Source: an uncultured Methanosarcinales archaeon (GTDB taxonomy: Archaea > Nanobdellota > Nanobdellia > Woesearchaeales > CAYZNE01). From it: 58,696 nucleotides of DNA. Position numbers and translations under genes: made by a program. Location of the stretch: NCBI GenBank assembly GCA_964405295.1, contig CAYONI010000003.1, positions 69,159-127,854 on the forward strand. The letters are read 5' to 3'. Below, piece after piece: positions 18,579 through 28,428 of this stretch. Under the pieces are notes generated by a model. The model was not told the origin of the DNA. It saw only the letters and a list, made by a program, of their open reading frames with translations, and searched no databases. Position 1 is the first letter of the stretch. Each line of letters starts with the position of its first letter.

Positions 18579-18700
18579 CGTATTATCACCGTTAATATTT
18601 GTAAATGAGCAAAATTGATTTGAGTATTTAAACCTTTGGGTAGTTTAATTTAAAGAATTAGCAAAGTTTATATTAATATATACTATCCTAAAAATATAAA

Positions 18701-19774
18701 ATGACAGAAATATCCTTAATAGATAGAGATTTTGAAAAATTAATAAATGAAAAAAAGATTAAATCTATTTGTGAAAATATTAACTTAAAAAAATATATTC
18801 AACCTGCAAGTTTAGATATTCCTGTTTCTAACAAAGCATTCTTAGTAAGATTTAAATTTTTACCCTTTAAAAAAAAGATTGAACAGGTTGTAGAAAGTAT
18901 TAAACTTGACGAATTAGATTTAGATGAAAATCCAATTTTATTTAAAGATAACACTTACCTTATACCTTGTATAAAACTAGAAGGTATTGATGAGAAATAT
19001 ATTGGAAGAATAAGCCCTAAAAGTTCTATTGGAAGAATTGACTTAATGGTCAGAGCAATTAATAATAACTGTTCTTATTATGATTATCTAGAAAAAGTTA
19101 AAGGGATTGTATGGTTGGAAGTAACACCAAGAAGTTTTAACATTAGATTAAAAACAGGCACGGCACTTGCACAACTTAAACTACTAGAAAGAAAAGAAGT
19201 TGTTCTGGATTTAAGAAAAGAAAAATTAATCTATAATAAAAAAGGAAAACTGCAAAAGATAACTTTTTATGATAAAGACAAAGTGCTTTTAAGAATTGAG
19301 ATACCAAAAAAAGGCATTATTGGTTATGAAGCAAGAATTTCTAATGAGATCATTGATTTAAGTAAAGTTAAAAGCCATGATAGAAATAAATATTTTAAAG
19401 AAGTTAAGAAAGTAGGAACAAATTATAACAAAATTATTTTAGAAAAAAATAAGTTCTATATTTTAAAAACAAAAGAGTTTGTGCAATTTCCACCACACCT
19501 TTCTGGTGAATTATTACCCCTATCTAATCTACTAGGAGAATTCAGAGTTCACTATGCAGGATTTTTTGATCCAGGGTTTGGGTTTAACATAAAAGGTAAC
19601 CAGGCAGTCCTAGAAATAAGACCACATGAAAACTTAATTGTATACGATGATCAGCCAATTTGCATAATGCAGTATTACCCAAACAGGGCCAAACCTAAAA
19701 ATATTTATGGCAAAGCGGGAAATAATTATTCTAAGCAGAAAAAGGTTAGATTAGCTAAGTATTTTAAAGATTAA
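18701..19774 (+). CDS. dcd: dCTP deaminase, long two-domain DCD type
   Basis: IQPASLD, SPKSSIGRID, GEFRVHYAGFFDPGFG, VLEIRPH. Confidence 0.9.
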   Translation: MTEISLIDRDFEKLINEKKIKSICENINLKKYIQPASLDIPVSNKAFLVRFKFLPFKKKIEQVVESIKLDELDLDENPILFKDNTYLIPCIKLEGIDEKYIGRISPKSSIGRIDLMVRAINNNCSYYDYLEKVKGIVWLEVTPRSFNIRLKTGTALAQLKLLERKEVVLDLRKEKLIYNKKGKLQKITFYDKDKVLLRIEIPKKGIIGYEARISNEIIDLSKVKSHDRNKYFKEVKKVGTNYNKIILEKNKFYILKTKEFVQFPPHLSGELLPLSNLLGEFRVHYAGFFDPGFGFNIKGNQAVLEIRPHENLIVYDDQPICIMQYYPNRAKPKNIYGKAGNNYSKQKKVRLAKYFKD

Positions 19775-19880
19775 GTTAATAACCAATACTCACATTCTAA
19801 AAATTAGCACCCAAATTAAAAAGGAATTTACTTATAATATTGAAAACTTAATAAAGTGAGAACTTTCAATTAAAGTTGCA

Positions 19881-20702
19881 ATGGAGAAAAAAGGATTTTT
19901 TGAAGGAATTAATAATAATCAACTAGCTTATAGCTATAACTCAATTAATAATAAAAATCCAACCATAATCTTTATTCACGGCCTTGGATCAGACTATTCT
20001 TCATGGAGAAAACAATGCAAATTTCTTTTAAAAAATAAATATTCTATTGCAAGGTTTGACCTTTTAGGGCATGGAAAATCAGACAGCCCTCCAGATTACA
20101 AAAGCTATTCCCTAGAAAACTCCACTAACAACTTGAAAAAATTTGTTGAATTCCTTAACTGTGAAGATAATTTTGTATTAGTAGGTCATTGTCTTGGCGC
20201 TTCAATAATTCAATTGTTTGAAAACAAATTTCCAAACAAAGCAAAAATGCTATTTATATTATCTGGAACACATAAAAAAGTAAATAAATTAATAAGCAAA
20301 ATATTAAAATATTATTTTAAACTTAGCTCATTTAGAAAAAAAATTAAAACTAACAAATCAAGCAAAGAACATAGAAAACAAAACTATGACATACGAATAT
20401 CTGATTATGATGTTCTAAGAATAATATATGGCATAAGTAAAACCTCATCAAGAACTTATTCTGGAACCTTATCTCATTTTCTTAAATTTAATGTGAGTAA
20501 TAATATATCTACCTACAAACCTCCAATAATTATTATAAGCGGAGAAAAAGATGCAATCTTAAAACTAGAAAAAAGCAAATTTATTGCTAAAAAAACAAAA
20601 AACGCAAAACTATATATACTTAAAAATGCAAACCATGTTATACTCAACAACAATTGGGAACAAATAAATAAAATTTTATTAAAAGAGCTAAAAACTTTAT
20701 AA
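19881..20702 (+). CDS. Alpha/beta-fold hydrolase
   Basis: FIHGLG, DLLGHGKS, GHCLG elbow, GEKD, ANH. Confidence 0.9.
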   Translation: MEKKGFFEGINNNQLAYSYNSINNKNPTIIFIHGLGSDYSSWRKQCKFLLKNKYSIARFDLLGHGKSDSPPDYKSYSLENSTNNLKKFVEFLNCEDNFVLVGHCLGASIIQLFENKFPNKAKMLFILSGTHKKVNKLISKILKYYFKLSSFRKKIKTNKSSKEHRKQNYDIRISDYDVLRIIYGISKTSSRTYSGTLSHFLKFNVSNNISTYKPPIIIISGEKDAILKLEKSKFIAKKTKNAKLYILKNANHVILNNNWEQINKILLKELKTL

Positions 20703-20728
20703 ATAAAATCTGCATTCTAATTAATATA

Positions 20729-22099
20729 ATGGTATTAGGCAAACTAGGAAACTCTTTGAAGGGTACGCTGCAAAAAATTACGAGCAGCTTTACAATAGAT
20801 GAAAAACTAATTAATGAATTAGTAAAAGATATTCAAAGAGCATTATTACAAGCAGATGTTAATGTTAAATTAGTTCTTGAACTAACTAAAAAAATAAAAG
20901 AGAGAGCTCTAAAAGAAAAACTTATTCCAGGCATGAATAAAAAAGAACAAATAGTTAATATTGTTTTTGAAACACTTGTTGAATTTCTTGGTGGAAAAGG
21001 AAATAGAATTGATATTAATAAAAAACCTTTCAAAATTATGCTTGTTGGGTTGTTTGGTAATGGTAAAACAACAACTGCAGGTAAGCTTGCTAACTATTAT
21101 ATGAAAAGAGGAAACTCTGTTGCACTTCTTTCAACTGACACCTGGAGACCTGCTGCATTTGAGCAGTTAAAACAATTAGGAAAACAAATTGGTGCTTCAG
21201 TATTTGGTGACCCAACTATAAAAGACCCTATTGAAATTTATAATAAGTTTAAAGATGAACTTGAAAAACACGATTTAATCTTTATTGATACTGCAGGAAG
21301 AGACGCACTTAATGGTGAACTAATAGATGAATTAAATGCGATTAATACAACTGTTGCTCCTGATGAAACACTTTTGGTCATGGCTGCAGATGTTGGTCAG
21401 GCTGCAAAAACTCAGGCTGAAAAGTTTAATGAAACTTGTAATGTTACAGGTGTTGTTATTACAAAACTTGATGGAACTGCAAAGGGTGGCGGGGCATTAA
21501 CTGCTTGCTCTATTACAAAAGCCCCTGTTAAGTTTATTGGTGTTGGGGAAAAAATTGACGCTATTGAAGAGTTTAAAGCAGAAGGATTTGTTGGACAACT
21601 TCTTGGTATGGGAGATCTTGAAGCACTATTAGAAAAAGCAAAACTTGCTATGAATGAAGACGATGCTGAAGTAATGAAAGATAAAATGCTTAAGGGTGAA
21701 TTTAGTCTTATTGATTTATATTCTCAAATGGAATCTATGAAAAAAATGGGTTCTATGAAAAAAATAATGAGTATGATTCCTGGAATGGGAAACATGGGAA
21801 TAAATGATTCTATGCTTGATGTTAGTGAAGAGAAAACTAAGAAATGGAAATTTCTAATGGATTCTATGACTCATGAAGAATTAGAAAACCCTGAACTTCT
21901 AACTGGAATCCGTGTAAAAAGAATTGCCCAGGGTGCAGGCCTTGATGAAACAGAACTTCGTGCCTTGTTAAAACAATATAAACAAAGCAAGAAGATGATG
22001 AAAATGATGAAGGGTAATATGTCAGAAAAAGGAATGCAGAAAATGATGCAGAAAATGCAGTCTGTTAAAATGGGTGGCAAAAGGAAAATTTTAAGGTAA
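20729..22099 (+). CDS. srp54: Signal recognition particle protein SRP54
   Basis: GNGKTTT, DTWRPAA, DTAGR, TKLDGTAKGGGAL, Met-rich M domain. Confidence 0.97.
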   Translation: MVLGKLGNSLKGTLQKITSSFTIDEKLINELVKDIQRALLQADVNVKLVLELTKKIKERALKEKLIPGMNKKEQIVNIVFETLVEFLGGKGNRIDINKKPFKIMLVGLFGNGKTTTAGKLANYYMKRGNSVALLSTDTWRPAAFEQLKQLGKQIGASVFGDPTIKDPIEIYNKFKDELEKHDLIFIDTAGRDALNGELIDELNAINTTVAPDETLLVMAADVGQAAKTQAEKFNETCNVTGVVITKLDGTAKGGGALTACSITKAPVKFIGVGEKIDAIEEFKAEGFVGQLLGMGDLEALLEKAKLAMNEDDAEVMKDKMLKGEFSLIDLYSQMESMKKMGSMKKIMSMIPGMGNMGINDSMLDVSEEKTKKWKFLMDSMTHEELENPELLTGIRVKRIAQGAGLDETELRALLKQYKQSKKMMKMMKGNMSEKGMQKMMQKMQSVKMGGKRKILR

Positions 22100-22780
22100 T
22101 TATTTATTTCTCAATTCATAATCTTTAATAATATAAGTTCCTGCATACTTATCAAATGTAGTTTCAGCGTCTTTAATTATAATTTCTTTTTTGAAAAAGG
22201 GTGCATTCAGAACAGTGGTTTCTATTTCACCACCTTCACCTGCTTCGTTTATCTTATATTTTTCTTTAAAAACTAAAAGTTTCTTAATCATTTCATCATC
22301 AATAATCTTTCCCAAGAAAGATTTGTCAAAGGGATATGCAAAAACTCCTGAAATCATAACTTTAAAGTTTAGTTTAATTAATTCTCTAAGAATATCTGTT
22401 TGATCTCTCATCCAAAGAGGATTAAAACATTTTATTTCTAAATCATCACAAATCTTTTGTATTCTTGAAGCTTGGTAAACAGAACGAATTGCGCCAGTTA
22501 TAATTCCTTCAATTTGATACTTTTCTTTTGCTTCAATAATAGCTTGTTTTAATTCTTCTAACTCTTCTTCTTTTACACCAAGAGTTTTCTTAAGAATGAT
22601 CGGCAAACTAATTGCTTTAGCTTGTACTTCTGCAAACTCTATGTTTGGAACATGAAACATATAACTCTCATCATTTTGTGAAAGCATTGTAATTAGACAA
22701 ACTACTTCATGTTCTTTCATCACATGATACATTGCTAAGCAAGAATCTTTTCCTCCTGAAAATAGTGCTGCGAGTTTCAT
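22100..22780 (-). CDS. dph6: Diphthine-ammonia ligase family PP-loop ATPase
   Basis: LFSGGKDS, SYMFH, PLW, GEGGEIET. Confidence 0.88.
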   Translation of the reverse strand: MKLAALFSGGKDSCLAMYHVMKEHEVVCLITMLSQNDESYMFHVPNIEFAEVQAKAISLPIILKKTLGVKEEELEELKQAIIEAKEKYQIEGIITGAIRSVYQASRIQKICDDLEIKCFNPLWMRDQTDILRELIKLNFKVMISGVFAYPFDKSFLGKIIDDEMIKKLLVFKEKYKINEAGEGGEIETTVLNAPFFKKEIIIKDAETTFDKYAGTYIIKDYELRNK

Positions 22781-22810
22781 AATTAAAAGAAGGAATGTTT
22801 ATTTATAAAA

Positions 22811-23371
22811 TTAAGGATTATTTGTAAACATTGGGTCTACAAATAAAATTTCTAATTTAGAAAAATCTCCTTCTTCTTTCTCAGAATTAGATGAATATTG
22901 AATTAAATACTTTTTCTTATCAAAATCAAGAGTTATTACACCATATTGTTTATTATGATCAACAAACTCTAGTAAAGTAAAATTAGAATCTTCAGACATT
23001 GCACCGTAATATACTTCTGCTTGCCAAGTTCTATTTTTCTTTCCTATAAATAAAGAAAGGTTCTCTATTGTTGCATTACTTACTGAATCTGGATGGTTTT
23101 TATTTGGCAAATCCATATATACAAAACTATCTATTGAATCTCCCCGAGCAATAAACACCATTTCATACAATGCATCAGAATTTACTTCAACTAACTTTTC
23201 ATCTCCTAAATTCAAATATTCTATCCATATGCTATGGGAAAATTTACGCGAAGAAGACTCTTTTGTTCCGTAATTTCCCAATCTAAGATTAGTATCTGTT
23301 AATTTCTTGTTTACTGAACAACCTGCAACCAGAAGTGTTCCAATTAATAGTAATAATCCTGTTTTTTTCAT
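22811..23371 (-). CDS. Hypothetical lipoprotein-like protein
   Basis: MKK-hydrophobic-LVAGC lipobox-like N-terminus. Confidence 0.7.
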   Translation of the reverse strand: MKKTGLLLLIGTLLVAGCSVNKKLTDTNLRLGNYGTKESSSRKFSHSIWIEYLNLGDEKLVEVNSDALYEMVFIARGDSIDSFVYMDLPNKNHPDSVSNATIENLSLFIGKKNRTWQAEVYYGAMSEDSNFTLLEFVDHNKQYGVITLDFDKKKYLIQYSSNSEKEEGDFSKLEILFVDPMFTNNP

Positions 23372-23423
23372 GTAATAATATAGAAATGAAAAAGATTATT
23401 TAAACTTTGCTATAATAAAAGAA

Positions 23424-24068
23424 TTAAAAAATAAACTCGTGAAATTTTTCAGGAACTATCCTTTTTAATTGGCTTGCTGTTGGCAATGAATAAACCTTTT
23501 TAATTTTTTCATTATCCTCTAATACAGTAACACTATTTGCATTTTGAACATTAATATTACCACATAAAACATTGTTATCTCCTGAAGGGCTTTCTTTTTC
23601 TGGATAATAGGTATTAGCATTAAACCATATAGGGACTTTTATCTCTCCTTTCTCAACTAATCTTGATCCCCTTAAAACAAATTTATTAACCCCAACTTGG
23701 TATCCTTTGCCATTATGAAAAATGTCTCCAGAGTCTATAAAATATACCTTCTTAGCTTCTTCATCTGAGACTAAATAATCTGATTGGGTCAGGAAAACAA
23801 TCCTCTCAATAGTTTTATTGTTATAAGCTTTTGGAAGCATGCCTGAATGAAAAGACGAATCTATCCTAATGGTTAACGAACCAGAGCGTATAAAATACCC
23901 TTTTAGAAACTTTTGGAACTCTTTCTCACTACCAACAACGCTTATTAGATTTTTAACAGGATGAACGCGTTTAGAAACCGGTTCCCCCTGCTCAACAAAG
24001 CCGAAAGCCTCTTTAGCACCGCCCTTCCCGGTTGTAATAACCCTGTAAACATTTAACATCTTATTCAT
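23424..24068 (-). CDS. Hypothetical protein
   Basis: 214-aa ORF with AGGTGA RBS; no family recognised. Confidence 0.72.
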   Translation of the reverse strand: MNKMLNVYRVITTGKGGAKEAFGFVEQGEPVSKRVHPVKNLISVVGSEKEFQKFLKGYFIRSGSLTIRIDSSFHSGMLPKAYNNKTIERIVFLTQSDYLVSDEEAKKVYFIDSGDIFHNGKGYQVGVNKFVLRGSRLVEKGEIKVPIWFNANTYYPEKESPSGDNNVLCGNINVQNANSVTVLEDNEKIKKVYSLPTASQLKRIVPEKFHEFIF

Positions 24069-24202
24069 CTAAATCACCTTTAGTAACTGCAGACTTTTAG
24101 AATTGCAATTCATATTTAAACCTTACTATAAATACACCCTAGTTCCATAATATATATAAATAGAATACACATACTATACAATATTAATATTGAGGTACAA
24201 AT

Positions 24203-24748
24203 ATGATATGGTATATATGGGCAATAATTGCTGTTGTGATACTTCTTATTATTGGATTATACAATAGTTTAATTAGGCTAAAAAATAAAGTAAAGAATGC
24301 TTGGGCACAGATTGATGTTCAGCTAAAAAAGAGATTTGATCTTATTCCTAATCTTGTAGATACAGTTAAAGGTTATGCTAAACATGAAAAAACAGTTCTT
24401 ACAGAGATAACTAAAGCAAGAAATATGATGGCTAAAGCAGGCGGTGTTGAAGACAAAGCAGCTGCAGAAAACCAACTTTCTGGCGCACTAAAGACATTGT
24501 TTGCAGTATCAGAAAATTATCCTGATCTAAAAGCTAGCCAGAACTTTATACAGCTACAAGAAGAACTTTCTGGAATGGAATCAAAGATTGCTTATGCAAG
24601 ACAGTTTTACAATGATATGGTTATGAGATTCAACACAAAAATTCAGTTATTTCCTAACAATATTTTTGCAGGAATGCTTCACTTCAAAGAAGAGCAATTC
24701 TTTAAGACTGCAGGCGAAGAGCGAGAGAACGTAAAAGTTAAGTTTTAG
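24203..24748 (+). CDS. lemA: LemA family protein
   Basis: N-terminal TM, AWAQIDVQLKKRFDLIPNLV, ENYPDLKA, FPNN. Confidence 0.96.
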   Translation: MIWYIWAIIAVVILLIIGLYNSLIRLKNKVKNAWAQIDVQLKKRFDLIPNLVDTVKGYAKHEKTVLTEITKARNMMAKAGGVEDKAAAENQLSGALKTLFAVSENYPDLKASQNFIQLQEELSGMESKIAYARQFYNDMVMRFNTKIQLFPNNIFAGMLHFKEEQFFKTAGEERENVKVKF

Positions 24749-24751
24749 ATA

Positions 24752-25672
24752 ATGAGAAAAGACTTTTACTCTGAAATTAGTGCAAATAATTGGAAAACTG
24801 TTATGCTATTTGTTTTCTTTTTTATTCTTGTTTTCCTATTTGGTGCTGCATTCGGAGCATATATGGGGAATATAGTTTCTGGATTAATTATTGCATTCAT
24901 CATTGGAGTAATCTATTCTTTAATTATGTATAAATCAGGTGCAAAAACTATATTAGCAACAGTAAAAGCAAAACCTGTTCTTAAGAAAGATGATCCTTAT
25001 TTATATCATACTGTAGAAGGCTTGTCGATTGCAGCAGGACTAAAAGTTCCCCCAAAAATTTATATGATTGAGGAAGAATCAATGAATGCTTTTGCAACTG
25101 GGATTAAACCAGAGAAATCTTACATTTGCATAACGTCTGGTTTGAGAAAAAAGATGAATAGACAAGAACTTGAAGGGGTTCTTGCGCATGAGATGAGTCA
25201 CATAAAAAACTTTGATATTAAAGTAATGTTGTTGGCTGCAGTTCTTGTTGGTGTTGTTATTTTACTATCTGACATAATCTTTAGAAGCTTTCTTTGGGGA
25301 GGCGCAGGTAGAAGCAGAGGAGGCAATAGGGACAGCGGAGGAGCTCAACTGATTATGATTGCAATCGCAATTGTTCTTGCAATACTTGCACCAATTATTG
25401 CGCAATTAATTAAATTATCCATTAGCAGAAAAAGAGAGTATTTAGCTGATGCTTCTGCAGTTGAATTAACTAGGAATCCTGCTGGTTTAGAATCTGCATT
25501 AAGAAAAATTAAAGGAGATGTTGATGTTACGGTTGACACAGCAAATAAGGCAACTGCGCATATGTTTATTGAAAATCCATTAAGACATACTAAAAAAAAG
25601 CAGTTGTTTGCTTCTATGTTTAGCACTCACCCACCTATTGATGATAGGATCAAAAGATTGAGTGAAATGTAG
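24752..25672 (+). CDS. htpX: Zinc metalloprotease HtpX (M48)
   Basis: NAFATG, AHEMSH, SRKREYLADA, FSTHPP; follows lemA. Confidence 0.96.
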   Translation: MRKDFYSEISANNWKTVMLFVFFFILVFLFGAAFGAYMGNIVSGLIIAFIIGVIYSLIMYKSGAKTILATVKAKPVLKKDDPYLYHTVEGLSIAAGLKVPPKIYMIEEESMNAFATGIKPEKSYICITSGLRKKMNRQELEGVLAHEMSHIKNFDIKVMLLAAVLVGVVILLSDIIFRSFLWGGAGRSRGGNRDSGGAQLIMIAIAIVLAILAPIIAQLIKLSISRKREYLADASAVELTRNPAGLESALRKIKGDVDVTVDTANKATAHMFIENPLRHTKKKQLFASMFSTHPPIDDRIKRLSEM

Positions 25673-25803
25673 TATTTTTCTAAAATAGGTATATTCATAG
25701 CTAAAAACCACCTTACAAACAAGTCCCGTTACCCCTTTGTAGTGATTAAAAAAAGAAAGATTTATAAATCAAACAGGGTTATCCTCCATAAGGAGGTTTT
25801 ACA

Positions 25804-26148
25804 ATGATTAATGAACAATCAATTAAAAGCGCATTTGTATTAGTAAAAAAAGACATGATTAATCTTCAAAGAGAAATGTTGGAGCTTAACATAAGACAGC
25901 AAAGAATTATGGGAATGCTTTCTAAAATTGACAGAAAGACAGTTAGAACAACTTCTAAACCAAAAATAAGAATCAAAACAGTTACTAAAAGACCTAAAAA
26001 GGTATTTGTAGCTTCAAAAACAGGAAAGAAATTTCATATTAAAAACTGCCCATTTGCAAAAAACATTAAACCAAAAAGCAAATTAGTATTTAAATCTAAG
26101 AACACTGCTTTAAACCAAGGATTTAAACCTTGCAACTGTGTAAAGTAA
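25804..26148 (+). CDS. Coiled-coil protein with C-terminal Ada-like metal-binding domain
   Basis: FVASKTGKKFH...C...I.......F.S...A...GFKPCNC. Confidence 0.75.
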   Translation: MINEQSIKSAFVLVKKDMINLQREMLELNIRQQRIMGMLSKIDRKTVRTTSKPKIRIKTVTKRPKKVFVASKTGKKFHIKNCPFAKNIKPKSKLVFKSKNTALNQGFKPCNCVK

Positions 26149-26227
26149 TTTTTATATTTTTTTATTATAAAAATCTACTGGACAAGTCTCAATTAACTAT
26201 ATAAAGAGTAAATGCTTCTTTTAAAAC

Positions 26228-27811
26228 ATGTTTTTAGCAACGTCCTTAAAATTTTATAAAAAGCCAGAAATAATGAGTATTATAGTTGAACAAGCAAAAG
26301 ATAAAGAGATAGGTGTAATGTTTGGCATTAACAAATTTGGCAAACGGCCAGATGTTCTAGGTTATCCCAACGATGTTCTTGAGTTTGCTAAAAAAAGGGT
26401 TTCTAGCTTTCACTGTTCAGAAGAATTATGGCATGATGTATTATCAGTATCATCTGACCTAAAAAGAAAACAACTAAATGAATTGAGAAAAGGCTGGGAT
26501 TTTATTCTAGATATCGATTGTCCTATTTGGGAGCTGTCAAAATTGACAACACACCTATTTATAGAAGTACTTAAAGCCCATGGAATAAAAGGCATTACCT
26601 GCAAATTCTCTGGAAACAAAGGATTTCACATTGCAGTCCCATTTGAAAGTTTCCCTGAAACTATTTCCTATGATAATAAACTTGTTAAAGTAAAAGATTA
26701 TTTTCCAGAGTTTCCTAGAATGATAGCCAAATATATTCTCGACTATGTCGAGTCTAACTTTATCAAAATAAAAGACAATAAAGTAAGTCTGTTAAATAAA
26801 GAATATTCTTTTGAAAAATTAAAAAAGATGTTTGATTTTAAATTTGAAGAATTAACCTACAAGGAATGTTCTAAATGCAAAAAAATACAAAAGAATGAGA
26901 AAAGTTCTTGGTTTGAATATCTCTGCAATAAATGTGGTTTTACATATAAATCAGAAGAAGATAAGCCCTTTAGAAAATGTCCTAAGTGTAATTCAATCAT
27001 GATCCAAACGTCAAACAAAATTGATAAAAATAAATGCTCTTGTGGTTCTACAAAATTTACACAAAAACTAGATCTTTCCAAAGTAATAGAAGTTGACACA
27101 ATACTGATTGCATCACGACACATGTATAGAATGCCATATTCACTACATGAGAAATCTAAGTTAGTATCTATACCTATAAAAACAGAAGAAGTCTTAGGAT
27201 TTGAAAAAGATAGAGCTAAACCAGAAAACGTAAACTTAGATACCACATTTCTAAATAGAAATGTTAAGAAAGGTGAAGCAAAAGAGCTTCTTGAAAAAGC
27301 AATTGCATCAGAAAATAAAATAAAATCGCAAGTTGCAATAAAAAATAAAGTCTATCAATACGAAAAAAAGAGTTTTGAAGAATATGAAATAGATCAGGAA
27401 GCAGTTCCTGAAGAATTCTTTCCACCATGTATAAATAATTGCAGAAAAGGTTTGGAAGATGGAAAGAAAAGAGTTTTATTTTCACTGGTTAATTTTCTTA
27501 ATAGTCTGAACTGGTCATTTGACAAAATAGATGATTACATCCACAAATGGAACAAAACAAATGAAGAAGAGTTGAGAGAGAATGCTCTTAAGAGTCAAAT
27601 AAATTATAGAAAGAAAAGAGAAAAAATTCTTCCACCTAATTGTGATACACCTGGCTACTATAAAGATCTTGGCTTGTGCACACCAGACGCTCTTTGCGCA
27701 AGAATAAAAAATCCAGTTCAGTATGCAAAAGTAAAAGCTAAGATGAATAAGAAGCCTAAAAGAGGAAGGAAGAAAGTTGTTGAGAAAAAAGAAGTTAAAA
27801 ATGCACAATAA
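26228..27811 (+). CDS. priSL: Fused DNA primase PriS-PriL
   Basis: WDFILDID (DxD), FSGNKGFHI, RMPYSLH; C-terminal PriL Cys set FPPC...PPNC...LC...LC. Confidence 0.92.
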   Translation: MFLATSLKFYKKPEIMSIIVEQAKDKEIGVMFGINKFGKRPDVLGYPNDVLEFAKKRVSSFHCSEELWHDVLSVSSDLKRKQLNELRKGWDFILDIDCPIWELSKLTTHLFIEVLKAHGIKGITCKFSGNKGFHIAVPFESFPETISYDNKLVKVKDYFPEFPRMIAKYILDYVESNFIKIKDNKVSLLNKEYSFEKLKKMFDFKFEELTYKECSKCKKIQKNEKSSWFEYLCNKCGFTYKSEEDKPFRKCPKCNSIMIQTSNKIDKNKCSCGSTKFTQKLDLSKVIEVDTILIASRHMYRMPYSLHEKSKLVSIPIKTEEVLGFEKDRAKPENVNLDTTFLNRNVKKGEAKELLEKAIASENKIKSQVAIKNKVYQYEKKSFEEYEIDQEAVPEEFFPPCINNCRKGLEDGKKRVLFSLVNFLNSLNWSFDKIDDYIHKWNKTNEEELRENALKSQINYRKKREKILPPNCDTPGYYKDLGLCTPDALCARIKNPVQYAKVKAKMNKKPKRGRKKVVEKKEVKNAQ

Positions 27812-27839
27812 TCAAAAAGGTTATTGACACTGACAAGGT

Positions 27840-27874
27840 AAAAAGAAAAAAATGCACAAGGGGTACTTGTGCAT
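27840..27874 (-). terminator. Hairpin plus T-tract, terminator-like
   Basis: Minus strand ATGCACAAG-TACCC-CTTGTGCAT followed by a T-rich run. Confidence 0.5.
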
Positions 27875-28001
27875 GGGTGTTTTTATTTAGGTGTTTAAAA
27901 AAATGGAGGTGTGTGTTTAATATTATTTGCAAGAATATTTGTAAATGATTTAACATTTAAGTTAAACATTAACTTCTTGTAAGTTCAAAGTTTTAACTTT
28001 A

Positions 28002-28136
28002 TTATATTCGTGACTTCTTGTTTAGCATTTTTCTGAAAAAACGCACTTCATCAATTGGCATGGCACCTTGATAATAAAGTTCTCTTGAAGCTCTAGTGAG
28101 CTCGGTTAAATCTTGTACTGAAAATTCTGATCTCAT
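28002..28136 (-). CDS. Small hypothetical protein (44 aa)
   Basis: Not in ORF track: MRSEFSVQDLTELTRASRELYYQGAMPIDEVRFFRKMLNKKSRI*; GGGGTGATAAG directly before the ATG. Confidence 0.65.
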   Translation of the reverse strand: MRSEFSVQDLTELTRASRELYYQGAMPIDEVRFFRKMLNKKSRI

Positions 28137-28428
28137 CTTATCACCCCACGAAACGTGTTTATATAATAATATAATCTTATTCTTATAAATGGATTATGAA
28201 TTAATAATTCACAAGCATTATAAAGTAAATTTTGTAATTTTTTTGTCATTGTTCAGAGAAACATACTCTTAACAACGTTTATTTCTATACTACTTTATAG
28301 AATACCCTTTTAGTAATTATAATAACGCTCCAAATTTTTATATAAAACACTGTTAAGATTGTTTCTTATTATTGAATAGGTATAATTATAAGTGAAAATA
28401 TATAAATAAAGTATATTTAATAGATTAT

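Noticed and set aside
26867..27043. Intein in the primase
   Set aside because: No HN-C/S/T splice junction, and too short
28140..28428. Replication origin in an AT-rich gap
   Set aside because: No ORB-like repeats or cdc6/orc1 nearby; explained by divergent promoters
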